This document shows, piece by piece, positions 38,200 through 52,307 of a DNA stretch of 64,000 nt. The stretch is from Nageia nagi (lineage: Eukaryota > Plantae > Pinophyta): contig JBITNC010000001.1 in NCBI GenBank assembly GCA_050084985.1, positions 134,540,001 through 134,604,000 on the forward strand, read 5' to 3'. A program made the translations under genes and the position numbers. Positions within the stretch are counted from its first letter, which is position 1; the number at the start of each line of letters is the position of its first letter. Below the pieces are notes generated by a model. That model was not told where the DNA came from. It did no database searches and saw only the letters and a list, made by a program, of their open reading frames with translations.

Positions 38200-41104
38200 T
38201 ATCAAGATGTACAAGTCCATCATCTTGGCATGGTCATCATCCATTTCATATTACCTTTTTATCAATGAAATTTAAATGATGTTCCTCAAAGTCTTGCAAT
38301 TTCTTGTTAATGCCTTGGTATCCTATGATAAATGCAAAATTCCTCATATCAAAAATTTTTAGGTACACCATTAGGAAACTTATGTTCAACAATAGGTGGA
38401 AGCTCAATGAGATCTCTTTTAATAAAATATTGAGAATATTATCAATAGTATTAGTCAATGGTGTAAACTTTCTTTGAGGTTTAGGGTTACCTTTATGCTT
38501 ATGATCAATAGTGTTCACCTCATTTTTCTTATTATTATTAGGAATATTTACCTTTTTATCATATGTTTGAGGTTTGTTACCATGCATAACATATAGGTTT
38601 TTAATACAAGCCTCTTTTTTGAACAAAACATCCATCATTTCACCCAAATATCATATCACTATTAGAAATAACCAATAACTTATACATAAGTAATAAAGCA
38701 TTTACAAATGTATCTTCAAATCTTGCTTAGGAATTGTAATCTTATTAGTAGTATGCTTCCATATTTTCACAAAATCATACATAAATTGATTGGTCAATTC
38801 CTTAATTTTACAAAAATTTTGAAATGAACCTTTTTAGTGATATTATATTTGAAATACTATATAAATTGATGAACCAAATCCTCATATATATCAATTCTCT
38901 TTTCATGAGGAAGAAAATACCATTTCAATGCATCATCTTTCAAACTATGCGAGAATAATTTAGCAAGCATATCTCTATCATGCATATATTCTATAGCTTC
39001 TTCTTGGAATTTTCTAACATGCATCTTAGGATCTTACAAACCATAAAATTTTGTAAATTTAATACTCTTTTACCTAGTAAGAATTTTAGAAAGAATTATA
39101 TCTGTTAAAAGTCTTTTTTAAAAAAAACATCATCATCCTCATTAAGTTATTTTCTAATTTCTTTATCCATTCCTCAGTTGAAGTAACAACATGATATGCT
39201 TTGTTAGGACTAGTAACTATTAGGGATGGTGGAGGGTTTAAGGTGGAACCATTGCATTTGTAAGTTCATTCTTCTTTAGTACAAGAAAAGATCCAATTTT
39301 ATTTACTCTTTCATGTTCCAATTTATCAAGCAAGTTCATCAAAAACTCTAATTGTTATGTATATGATTCTAAATGAAAGGGTATAGTATCCTAAAGTATT
39401 CTAAATAAAGTCAACTTTAATATTATGTTCATCTAAATACCAATCAATGTTTTTCTTATAGGCATCATTAATAAGATTTACAACTTGTATTTGAAGTTGA
39501 GCATCACAATAATCATCTTGTATAATATCCTTACCTTTAGAAAACTTACCTCCTTTAAAATGGTCACATTTTAGAATGAAGTGTCCACAATCATAATCTT
39601 CATCCTTCATACCGCTATCTTCAACAACTTCCTCACTTGAAGGTGGTGGGATATCAACATTCACCTTAGGAGGAGCTTCTATCTCAACCTCATCCATTTC
39701 ATTGATGGCATGTTCACATGGAGGTAGTCATTAGCGACATCCATATTAATGGAAGAAGCCCTCTTTCATGTAGATCCTACATTCTCATATGAAAATAAAC
39801 TATTCGATGATTCCAAGCCTATAGAATTTTCCTCTAAGAGCTCATAATTTGTTAGAATATCAATAACAATTTTAACACTATGAGTAATAAAATATTCTAA
39901 CCTTTGTCTATCAATAACACTTCTTGTATAGATCTACCATGAATAGGAATTCTATCTAATTCAAGAATTTCATCATTAATCTCATAAAAATCATGATTAT
40001 TCAAGCTTACACTTTTGAATTCCAATTGATCAACATTAGGAACAAAACTATTGGGAGTTTCACCAATAATATCCATTTTCTTACTAGAGCTTGTAGACTT
40101 AGTATTGCTATAAGCATCATGATGAGGTTCTTGTAGAGGTAGGTTAGGATTATACCTGACACTTATCCAAATATCATTGAAATGAACCTTCCCTTTGGAA
40201 ACCTTAAGGTTTTCTACATTTAGATCCATCTTTTGAACACAAGTAGAACACATCCTAGTTTTATCATTTTCTCTAGCTATTATCTAAAGAGCTTCAAGTA
40301 AAGGGATGAATAATAGTGAAAATGGATTCATGAATTTTCAATAGGATGTCCTAGGTGAAAACCTAGGTGTGTAAGAATGTTGAGTTCACCAAAATGTAGG
40401 CCCAAAAATGTGTAATTACTAAATAAATAAATGGTCTACAAGTACAATGATAAGAAGCTCTATATTAGATTATAACAAATATACATGAACATATAAAACA
40501 TGATACAGAGTTTTGCCAATAACCAATGATATGTACAATCCTCAAGATAAGAACAATAATGAATCTTAGAGGATCACCATCGGACTTCAGACAAGCTTGC
40601 AACATATATTCACTAGAATGACACCATGGGTCATTCCTTGAAATTTGGAACTCCCAATCTAGAAGGTACATGTCGCTAGCTACATAGAAGTGGCATGCCA
40701 CTGATGGCATTTCTTTCGTAGTTCTATGTGTTACATAAGAGAGAGATAATAGATCTCAAAGAGTACAATAAATTCTCAAGATAGGTAACATCAAGAGACA
40801 CATGGGTATAATGTTTGGGATAACCACCTATCAGATACATTTGATAAGGATGTCAAACTTTACCTCCATATTTATAACCTAGAAGGAAATAGAAAGGAGT
40901 GAAAGATGACACATAACATAATCATTTATATATTCAAGATAATTTAAACTATAAACCATGGTATATAATATAACATTGGTCCTAGCACATAGTATTGCAT
41001 TTTAATATTACTTTATCTTGATTTATGTATTATTGCATTTTAATCATTAAATGACTCTAAATATGATTTATTAAATAAATAATAAATCATTTTAGACATC
41101 TACA
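38200..41104 (-). mobile_element. Ty3/gypsy-type element: 5' LTR, PBS and decayed gag
   Basis: LTR 41104-40395 with TGTAG...CTACA termini. PBS TGGTGAACTCAACATT (40391-40376) resembles a CpG-decayed tRNA-Trp PBS. gag-like DPKMHVRKFQEEAIEYMHDRDMLAKLFSHSLKDDALKWYF plus a degenerate Cys/His knuckle (FCIYH...). Confidence 0.75.
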
Positions 41105-42399
41105 ATAAATGAATTCCAATCTAAATATGTTTGATAACTCTTTTAGATTTTTTAAAAATCTAATTTGGATGATAAATTCCTATAAAGGATATAGGAGTAG
41201 ATTCTTACATTGATTCAACATGATCCAAATGAAGAATTTTTGACTTCAAGTTTTATGGTGGAGTTAGAATGTTCAACATTTAATATGAAGAAATGATAAT
41301 TCTCACTCAAAAAGAAATGAGACTTAAACATAGGAAATGAGATAAATCCCATAGATTATCCCAAACCCAACTCAGGCTTTGATAAGTATTTTATCAAACA
41401 CTTCATAGACCCTTTCAACCTATCCATTTTATTCATATCCTATGATCATTATAGTCCATGAATAGAATCTACTATTAGGGTGGATTTTTAAATGTTGTAT
41501 CAAATCATAAAGTTTCAAGGCTTTCAAATAATTATTAAATCTTGTGTAATATTCCACACCATGTATACATGGAGCATATCTATTTGAGCATTCAAAAAAT
41601 AAAATAAATTTTTATTTTATGGTTGGTATAGAGTTATAGAGTTTAGCTTTACATATAATAAATACACTTGCTTAAATTCCCTAGGGCTTTCTCATAAAAT
41701 CTAATTTGTGTATACCGTACACTCATTGTATTTCATGAAACTATGTTTTTCACATACATATTGGTAAACAAAGTTGCCTTCCTTCTTTATCCTTTCATAA
41801 TTTTTGAATAGTCTATCAAGATATTCATAGCCACAAATATGATAGAAAGGTTGCATCATTTCATGAAGTGAAAGTAACTATAGGGTTTCAAAATTCTAGG
41901 GTTTTAACTTGATTATTTTTTGAAATGCTAGGTTTAGTGTAAAATATTCTTACTCAATATGTAGGGTTTTGAAATGCTAGGGTTTGGAGTTAAACATTTT
42001 TTAAAATGCTAGTGGTTCAAGTGAATAATTTAGAATTTCAAATTTTTAGGGTTTATGCTAAGGTTTTGGGTAAATAAAACCTAAAAGTTGATATTTAGGA
42101 GTAATAACATTTAACTAACTATTCTCTAGATTTGATTATTGAATTATTTAGTTATAGAAGTGAAAAATATGATCTATAAAATACAAAAAGAAAGGGTAAA
42201 CCATTCTATGAAATACAAATATAGACTAGTTTCAAGAATACCTGGTTCCTAGATAGCTTTTCCATGCTCTCATGCTCTATTGCAATCTCACGAATTGTAA
42301 AATGAAATAGAATGATATCTTTTTTTGTTATGTTTATAATAAAGATCAGGCATTTACTACACCAATCTAAATGTTAATGGGATACTTGTCATAATTGCC

Positions 42400-43460
42400 A
42401 GAGGAGAGAGAAAAAAAGTGGTAAATGTCTAGCATTTACTAAAGAGATTTGCAAGGAGAGCAAATCACACTCAGAAAATAGGAAATGCAGGACACCATAA
42501 ACAAAATGAAGCTAAAATCCTCAAACTAAATTGCCTTTGAAATGAGAATGGAGCCCAAATAAATAGGGTAAATACAAAATAATGTACAACAACATGCCAA
42601 CCATGCATGAAGATAAAACACACAAAATGACAAGTGGTTTATCACCACAACAAACTAGCTAGAGAATAGAACCTAGAAATAGATTAAACTACTCCTAAGT
42701 GAACTTAATACTCTAACATTTACTATGTAGTAAACATTAGGAGATAGAGAAAATGTAATAAACACCTAGAAATTACTACTCAGTAAATTCTAGGTTGTTA
42801 CAGAGTTAATTAATTCACATGTGTGGGATCATTATAAATTGAGGTGGGAGAGGAAAATTGGTAAATGTATGGTATTTACTACACAGTAGTAAATGCTAGG
42901 TGTGTAACCAAGATAATTAATTATGTAAGTGCAAAATTTTTGAAATCTCGATGAGAGAGCAAAAAAAAAGTGGTAAATGTCTAACATTTACTACCAAGTG
43001 ATAGAGAACATGTAATAAATGCTTGGTGATTACTACTCAGTAAATGCCAAGCATGTTAAAAAGATAACTAATATGTACATGTGGGATCATTGGCAATGAA
43101 GGCAAGAGAGAAAAAGTTGTGAACACTTGATATTTACCACTTAGTAGTAAACACTAGGTGTATAACCAATGAAATCAAATACACATAAGCATTATTTTTA
43201 AAATATCGGTAGGAGAGAAAATATGTAAACACTAGGTGCTTAACATGTAAACATACCTAACATTTATAATAGTAATAAATGCTTGAAGTTTACAATAACA
43301 ATAAATGCTAAGCATCATAAGATGTTCATGTGCATGATTTTGGAATTCTTGAAAATGGTATCATGTAGTAAACATCGAGAGTTTACAAAAAAGAACACGC
43401 TTGGTATTTAGTTCTTAAACAATATGGTTGGAATTTACTACCATGAATAACACTTAGCAT
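42400..43460. repeat. Array of imperfect palindromic motifs (~GTAAATGYYWRGCATTTAC) with a ~257-bp higher-order repeat
   Basis: Motif recurs many times. Block 42742-42950 repeats at ~43000-43208. Lies directly upstream of a MULE-like transposase relic. Confidence 0.7.
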
Positions 43461-43699
43461 TTATAGACCTTGTCAATGAAAAAAATGGTGGACCTTGCCA
43501 TCAAACTGCATGTGACAATCCTTTTTTCTAACGATGTAAATGGTACGGGGGGTTCATTTTGTGGTAGTATAGATAACTTCATACTTAGTATTGATTTTTT
43601 GATGGCCTTACTTGTGATATGTGTATTCTCCTCCTCAATCTCAAGATTAGAATAAATATCAAATAATTTTATTTATTTATGTTAGAGACTAACATATAC

Positions 43700-43950
43700 T
43701 TTGTTTGGAAATAAATATGTTCTATACTATAAGGTTTATATTTGCATTTGGTATGTCCATCACACATGGCTCAAAAGTCTTATAGCAAAGGTAAAGGAGG
43801 ATAAAACTCATCAAGATATATTAAAATGTTTAGGGGAAATCATGTATACAACTTGTAGTGAAAAGGATGCAGAGGTGGCCATAATCAATATCTTGAAAGA
43901 CTACAAATAAGAGGTAGTATTTATCATGTATTTTGAGGATCATTAGCTTT
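43700..43950 (+). mobile_element. Mutator-like (MULE) transposase relic
   Basis: VYICIWYVHHTWLKSLIAKVKEDKTHQDILKCLGEIMY...FIMYFEDH resembles the CxWH...W.K.L...F..YF...W segment of MULE transposases. Decayed. Confidence 0.5.
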
Positions 43951-46900
43951 TAAGGATACTAAAATCAATTCTTATTGTAGTTCATAGGAGGGTGTCTTTC
44001 CCATACTTTGATTTTTGTTATGTATGTACACTATTAGTCTAGCCAATTATGCAATGATTTTCTCATAATTTTAAGGTTGAGCATATTGAAAATACATCAT
44101 GGTGCAAGGGAAATAAAATTCTTAATGATCATATCACTTTTATCTATTAGACCTAATACTTATGTGGGTTAAAAATTAAAGTGATGTATGTAGTGAGTAC
44201 ATAGTAGTTCATTTTGAATCATGGTTCATTATGTGTGAATGAACCTTGTATATACAAGGGTACATGGGAAAATATTCTATAAAGGCAAGTATGTTGCAAG
44301 ATAGATTAATCAAGGAGAGGAAAGTGGAGCTAGAACTTATTATGGTGGGGTTGATGTTGATGCTAACGTTGTTATGTTGAAGGTGGTAGAAATAACTATA
44401 TCAACTACAAATATCAATAACAACAATGTATGAGGAATAATATACTTTTGAGAACTTGGTTAATGAAGGACCAACTGCATATATTGTAAGTGATAATTAT
44501 ATTTTTTTAGATATATTTTTTGGGATTTTGTATACTATGTAATTTTATAATTATTATTTTTATACTTATTAACATTGAAGATAAGGTGATAATATCAACA
44601 AAGTAAATGGATATACCTGATAGCCTGAAGGTTGTACATAATCAATTGGGTTAGAGATTGACTAACAAGAGATAATAAATTATAAATTATTAAGCCTAGT
44701 TAATAATATCATTTCTATGACACAAGATGATTCATTGATATTGTACCTTGATCATATGGTTGAAGCAATATATGATCGATGGAAGGAAATGGCTATAATC
44801 AATATTAAGATAAATGAAATAGTTGGAGATCCATTTGTCACTCATAAGGGTGGATTTGGTACAAGTGGTAAATGAACATAAGATTTTGTTGAGCAAATTT
44901 TGAGAGGGAGGTATCCACCATAACCAACATCATTACAAGTTTCCCTCCATTTTCTCAAGGCATGAAATCCTAAGGTAAAATTTTGACATGGAGCTGGAAA
45001 GAGTAGTAGAAAGAGATAGATGCAAAAACACACAAGTAAAGAAATCATTTTATACAATAAAATGTAGTATCAAAGTAAACCACTAAAGGTTTTATATGTT
45101 ATTTTTGTACTAATATTGATAACCTTATAAAAAATGTTTGCATGCTCTTTAGTTATTATTCTATGTTATTATAATAATTGTTCATTTTTTATCAAAATTT
45201 TAATTAATTTTTATAAACTAAGAATTAATCTTGAATGATTACACCTCTCCTCACAAGTGTCTAGTATAATTTTAAGTTGAGAATTAATAGTATTAAAAAT
45301 ATTAATTTTTACTCAAATAATATAATTTCATGTATTAATACTTTCATTAGGCATGGAATTAAAGAACAGAATAAAGGAAATATTGTTGATAGAAGCCTAT
45401 TCAAATAATTAATCATTTCTAGAATTAATGTATAATAATTTCTATGGATTAGAATTAAATAATATTTGTATGTATTAAATCCTAATATTTTGTATAGATT
45501 AATACATCAACTTTGTTGCGAACTTGATCTGCTCTTCTTAACCTCTTCGATTGACACACCTATAGATTCTATGACTTAGTATACTAATACATTTTATAGA
45601 TTAATACCATGATACCTTATAACAAATTAGTCTATTGATACCTTCAAATGGATTAATAAGTTGATATTTTATGTATTATTATATCATAACCTTGTATGGA
45701 TTAATCATTGAGTCTATTGGTAACTTGATATGGATCTTTTCACATGATGGGTGATTGCTATATGTAAACTAGTAAAACAAAATAGGCACATGGAGGGTAG
45801 CAATGAACTCCATTAGATGGGTATATATTGAGCAAAATTTATATTGACTAGTGATAGTGAGTGTACAAATATGTCCCTACTTTTTGGAAACTTCTCACTT
45901 GGGATAAAAGAAATAGGACACATGGCATAGGTTGTTATATTTTATTTGATGTTCATTTATTATTGGTAGGTATTGAAAGGTGGAAAAGGATTTTAGGTAA
46001 TATGGTATAATATGATAGTTCCACTTAAGATATGGTATACAATAAAATATTGCAAAAAAGGTCATTACATATGGTAAGAGATGGCAAGACATTTTAGATA
46101 AGGAAATAAGCTAGACAAGTACCAATGGATACTATTGGAAAGTATATGTATCTGAAAGTATAGGACACACATTGTTAGTGGTGTCATCTACTTAATGGTT
46201 CAAACTTTGATGAAAATGGTGAATATTATTGGACATATGGTGAGAATCAGTGGATTATTTCCTATAGGAAATTTCTCAAACTAGTAAACATAATAGGTAT
46301 AGGGTAACTAGAGTTAGCTTCCACTTGATGGATCAAGAGTGTGGACACATGACAATTTGGTGATGATATATAAATCTTAGTAAGTTATGTTACTCATGAT
46401 ATCATCACATACAAATTAACTTAATATTGAAATTTTAACAACATTTTTATTAGGAAAAGGACAAATGGTAACTTGTTGAGGATAATTACACTTTATTTTG
46501 CCCAAAAATATACCACTAGTTGTCCTCTTCCTATGGATCATTGGCTTGTTATGTAACTATATATAACTTTTGATAATGGATTTGAAATTCAATAGAATGA
46601 TATAAAATATATTGCATGATGTGATAAGAATATACGATATATGATTATTTCATTCCATGTTAATGAAATTAGCAAAATATGATATTAATAAATAAGATTT
46701 GAAATGATTATAAAGTAAAAAATCATATGAATTTCTCTCATAACATAAGATAATAGATATATTCAATGTACTTTGTACTAAAAAACTTTAGTGTAAAAAA
46801 TATGCATTGACATCTATTTTCATTTGCAACTTAAACTTTGCTTTCTTAACACATGTTATAATAAAGTTTTATTCTTTGGAGAAATGATTATCTTTGATAG

Positions 46901-48300
46901 AGATTTGAAATAAAATTTATAACCTTTGACATTATTAAAATATAGTTTGCACCATTGATTTGGCTAATAGAAGCAAAAAATATTTTACAAGAATATCTAA
47001 CAATATAGTTACTAGTCCATTGAATATAGTTACTTTTTGTAACTTGGTGTCTCATCTTGTAAATCCATTTTCAGCATACAACTAGAGTCACATTTTGACA
47101 TATCAAGACAATATTTTGGATAGTAAAAACTATATATACCTTTTATTGCTACTTTTTCTTGTATTTCTTATTATTGAAAACCAAAGGGCTAGAAATATAA
47201 TAAAAGTAATTGTAATATATAATTTGGATACATTTTCTTTAGTATATATATTTTTCTAGTCAATGAATTCTATAATAATGACAGAGGTAATTTTCATAGC
47301 TTTTAAGTCTTGTTGGAAAAAATTAACTCACTAAAGGGAAGTACCAAGTTGGTAAATCCATATTGTGGAATATCATGAACGTAAATCATAAGCCTCTTTC
47401 AAATCTAGATTTATGAGAATTACTATTGAAGAAACAATATCTAGAGATTCATGAGATCACAAGCTTATACATATACATTTGAACAAAATAATTTAGAGGG
47501 TTTGGAATTCATGGTATGTCTAAAATAATTATACTTTCAATATTATAATGATTCTTCCACAATGTGACATTAATGGCAAATTTTGACATGTCTATGATTG
47601 TGATAGAATCAATTTATTATTTCAATACCATCTTTTTATAGATGAATATTGAACAATCAAAATAGAAAAACTTTATAGATGAATATTGAATGATCAAAAA
47701 TAGCAAAACTATGTTAATTACATCAATAAGGCATTCAATAGGCCAAGAGACTAACTAACTTATGTCTTTCAAGTGCAACAAATGCATAGGTATACTAGAA
47801 TTAATGAATGTGATAGGAATTATTGTTGTAACATGATGAGGTTATTTCATAAGTATTTGTGTAACTAGGATACATTAGATTGGTTGGTTTAGCATGATTA
47901 TTACTAATAAAATAAAATTAGTTACATTGTATGACATTGCAAAACTCATTTGCAAGTTCATTATAACAAGTAACACATACTTCAAACATTTCATTATCCA
48001 TAAAATTAAATCCAAAGATTCTTCCATCATGTTTAGTTATATGGAACTAATGGATCAATTTCTAAGGCTTGATTTAAATTTTTAATGGAAATTATTTCAC
48101 AAAGGCGTATAGTTTGTTCTTGATTGGAGTACTACTTTCCTCTATTGTAGAGAAAGTAGATTGATAAGAATGTAAAGATTCATTGGAGTTGGTTCATGGA
48201 TAAAATCCCATGACCTAAAGTAGAGGTATAGTTGAACCAATCATGGACATATTATTCTCAACTATTTGCAATCAATTAATTATAACACCTTGCAATGAAA

Positions 48301-48327
48301 GTGTGTGTGTGTGTGTGTGTGTGTGTG
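48301..48327. repeat. (GT)13 microsatellite
   Basis: Directly visible. Confidence 0.97.
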
Positions 48328-49825
48328 AATCTATAGCTAAATGTAATGTGAGTAAATAGAAATTACAACATTTAAATTAAATAAGCAACATACATGAAAT
48401 TGTACATTTTGCAATTTCATTTTTGCAATTGAACAAGACTTCCTTCTATCAATTTCTTCTCGCAAACAAGATCATTGAAATGATCGAGAAGTAAAATTGG
48501 ATACATATAAAAGCCATCAAAAAATTAAAGCTAGTAGAGTTTTTATACAAGAACGTTATTCAACACAATCTATAGACGTGAATTGTAAATATGGTTCTAA
48601 ACTATACATGTATTGAAGCATAATTGAAATGATATTTTCAATTAAAATAGCAATTCTCAATAATTAATATAGTGCATTGAATAGGCCTATAACCAAATAA
48701 AATGTTAGAAAATACCATAAGTTCACTATCCACTATATGATATAAAATCATATAAGTGTATCATGTACCACATGACATGTTATCATTTCAATATATGATT
48801 ATGTATCAACTGGTATATGTAAAAAATATATTATGAAATATATGATATTAAAATATCTATTCAAATAGTTCAATATAAAATATTTTATATGAAATCATAT
48901 AAATGTAACATGATATTTCATAATCATTTAAATGCATAAAACTTTATCCATGTTATTTTTCTCATTTAATAAGAATAAATTACAGTCAACCTAAAGTCAC
49001 AACACCATTGCAAGCAACTCATTTTGTATGATGTGAGGTATTGGTAACCTAGCCTATTGATAATGCACATCCAACAAGCAACATCACCATTCCAAAAAGG
49101 TAATGGACACACAAAAAAGCCTTATAATAAGAGTCTAAATAATAAATTTAATAAGATTTAAATTATACTTAAGAAATATATCCAAAAATATATATTTAAA
49201 ACCTATAAAAAAACCTAGTTAGTCCAAAAAAATGCTATTCTTAATATAGGAGAATGTTTTGCATCATAAAATAGTTCAGCTAGAGCAATTGGTAAATATC
49301 AATTATTAGTATTTGATTTAAATCTATATCAAGATTTCTAAAGTACAACTATATTTCTCACTAACTATATTTCTCACTAGATTTTTTATTTTTAGAATGA
49401 AGAAGATGCCTCCATTTCTACAATATTTACTATATGATATTGTAAACAATTAAGAAGAGCCTTATAATCCAATTTTACATAGCCATTGCATACATTTTTG
49501 TACAATTAAACCAAATAAATCTCACAAAATATTAATACCCACAACCTGAACTTCAACTAGGGTAAATAAAAATATGTTATTATTTCCTTTTGTTTTATAT
49601 GCCCATAATATATGACACACATCTATGCAATATGTGAAAATATGAAATCTCCACCAATTTTCTAAGAACATACATGATGCAAACACATCTTGAAATACCC
49701 TATGAATTTTATTAAACGAATAGCAACCTTATAGGTCTATAATATGCCCTTTTTTTCCTCTATAACTTGAGAACTTCTCTACATGTGAATACATGGAACA
49801 CAACAAAAAAATTAATATCAAACCC

Positions 49826-51246
49826 TTTACACATAAATAAATAAAATTTAAAAACCATATAAATATTTACATTGTAATAGAAAAGGGAGGTACACCTCCA
49901 TAATATGTTATTCATTTGATATCCTCTAAATGCCAATAATGTTTTTCTACCTTTGAAACAAAGTTGATGAAACAACAAATACAAGCATCTAGTAGAACTT
50001 TTAGAACATTCCAATGGAGACATTGATAATGCAAGCACCTTTACCTACATTGACATCATTTACTTGGTGTAAATATCAAAGTACAGAAGGACATATGCAT
50101 GCATGCCAAATATCATAACACTAAGTAAATCCATTGATGATTATCATCCATGGGTTATAATTAATATTCACCTATGGAATCCATCCCATTGGCAATGAGA
50201 ATTATCGAAAGACTATCCTTCAATCCAGTTCATTGCATACCTTGGGAATTTATCATCTTTGGGTTGCATATATAAATCAATTAGAAATTGGTGTAACAAG
50301 CTCAAAGTGGTAATGGGTGCTTTAATCTAGTTGACTTTGGCATTGATTTTTTCAACTTAATCAATTTTGGTTGATATAAGCAATAAATGCCAAGATTTAC
50401 AAGATAAATGCCCAAAGCATGTGGTTGAATTTGGTTGGAGGATAATAGCATCCATGAGAAATAAGTAAGCAGAAGTAGTTTCCACATTACACATGCTTGA
50501 TAAAAAATGTAACATGTGGAATTCGAGTTCTTACTTATAATAGAAATTTAAGGAAAATTGTAAAATCAACGCCCTAAAATGATTCGAAGGTTGACTTTGA
50601 GCAAATAAAATATTAACCATCAATTAAAATGTAGGGCTCTTCCTAGGAAAGGAAATGCCTTCGATGTAATAATAAAATAATAACAAGTTATAAAAACTAT
50701 CTTCTATTTGATTCTAAAATCTTAACCTAATTTGATGGGTATTTCCCTTAGCACGATGGTCTTAAGTATTTATTCGAAATTGATTATGATTTGATCTTAA
50801 GTTACCTACTTCACTGACTTCTCCAACTTTGCAATCTATATTTCTCATTATTTATGAATGATGAAAATAAAATAGTTTTTAATTTTATTTATAGTTTCTC
50901 GATGGCACACATTTCAAAGTAAATATATATTATTTATGAATGATTGCTTAAAAAGTGATGTTATGGATTGCTAATTTTAAAGCTTTTAAGAAATTTAGTA
51001 CAAAATACCATGTGTGGACGTATAGGAAATAAAGAAAAAGGATAATTCAAAAATATCTAATATGGCTAATCAATTTATGAGATTTTAATATTTTATTATA
51101 CATTCAGATAAGCCCTCTTAGCTGGGGCAACTTTTGAGAGGTTTTTCATCCTTGGGGACTAAAAAGAATTCAAGGCTTGACATTTTTAGTACTTGTGGCT
51201 AAATACTATCTAGTTCTAGCAGTTTTAGATGATGAGAAGATCTTAT
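49826..51246. repeat. Segmental duplication block (3' flank of UGT copy 3), paralogous to 1-1330
   Basis: Collinear with the window start. Ends at shared 'gatgagaagatcttat'. Confidence 0.9.
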
Positions 51247-52307
51247 GTGTTTAAATTACAAGACAATATAGAGAGTGATTACTAATGTATCTATAGAAAT
51301 AATATTTCAAATTTTCTTATCATTATTTTTCTTATTGATAATTTAATATTATTTTCATTTGAATAATAATATTTCTATTGAACTAGTTGTAACTAAATAT
51401 TTTCATAAATGAAAGCCTCATTGCATAACATAATACAAGATTGAACAAAAATAGAGAATAATATGTAATTTGAATAAAATAAGATAAATTAAATATATAT
51501 ATGAATTTTTTTAATATATGCAAATCATATAAAGAATTATGTTATTGAATTACAATCTCTTTAAATATAAAAAATAATGTATTACCTCTAAAGTAATACA
51601 AATATCTTGATATGACACTTCCATAAATACCCATTACTTGTTAACAAACATAATACGTGTAAAAAAAATTAAAAAAATCTTAATAACATAATTATTATCA
51701 AAAAATAAAACATTATTTATAACAATTGATATATTATTATAGTTTATTATACTCTCTTCCATAAATAAATTACTTCCATTTTCTTCATTATTATCCATTT
51801 CATATAAAAATAAAGAATATGATTTTTCTTTGTTACCATATAATTAATTCACTTAAGAATTTTCCAATACTACCTCACATTATAATTATTAATTCAAAAT
51901 TTCTTCGAAACTAAAATAATATTACCTAATACAAATACATTAATTATTTAATTAAATAAATTATTATGAAAACGTAGCTTATTAATAGTGTATTGCTTCA
52001 AAAGACCCTAATATCTAGATATTAGAAGAATTTATGTCATCATTCGAATAAAACCGCCCTATATTACAATTAGTTTCATAAAATCCAAAATAACTAAAAG
52101 ATAACTTAACCCTTTTATCTTCTTATTTATTTTATTTATTTTTCTTTATATATATTATTGGTTGTACAATACTTTACTAACTGAATATTAGAAATGATTA
52201 AAATTTTAATAAATAAAATAAAATCACAAACAAATATAAAACACTACTATAAACTTGAACACTTGAATTGCCACCTCTTAACGTTACAAATTACGAACCT
52301 CGTAACA

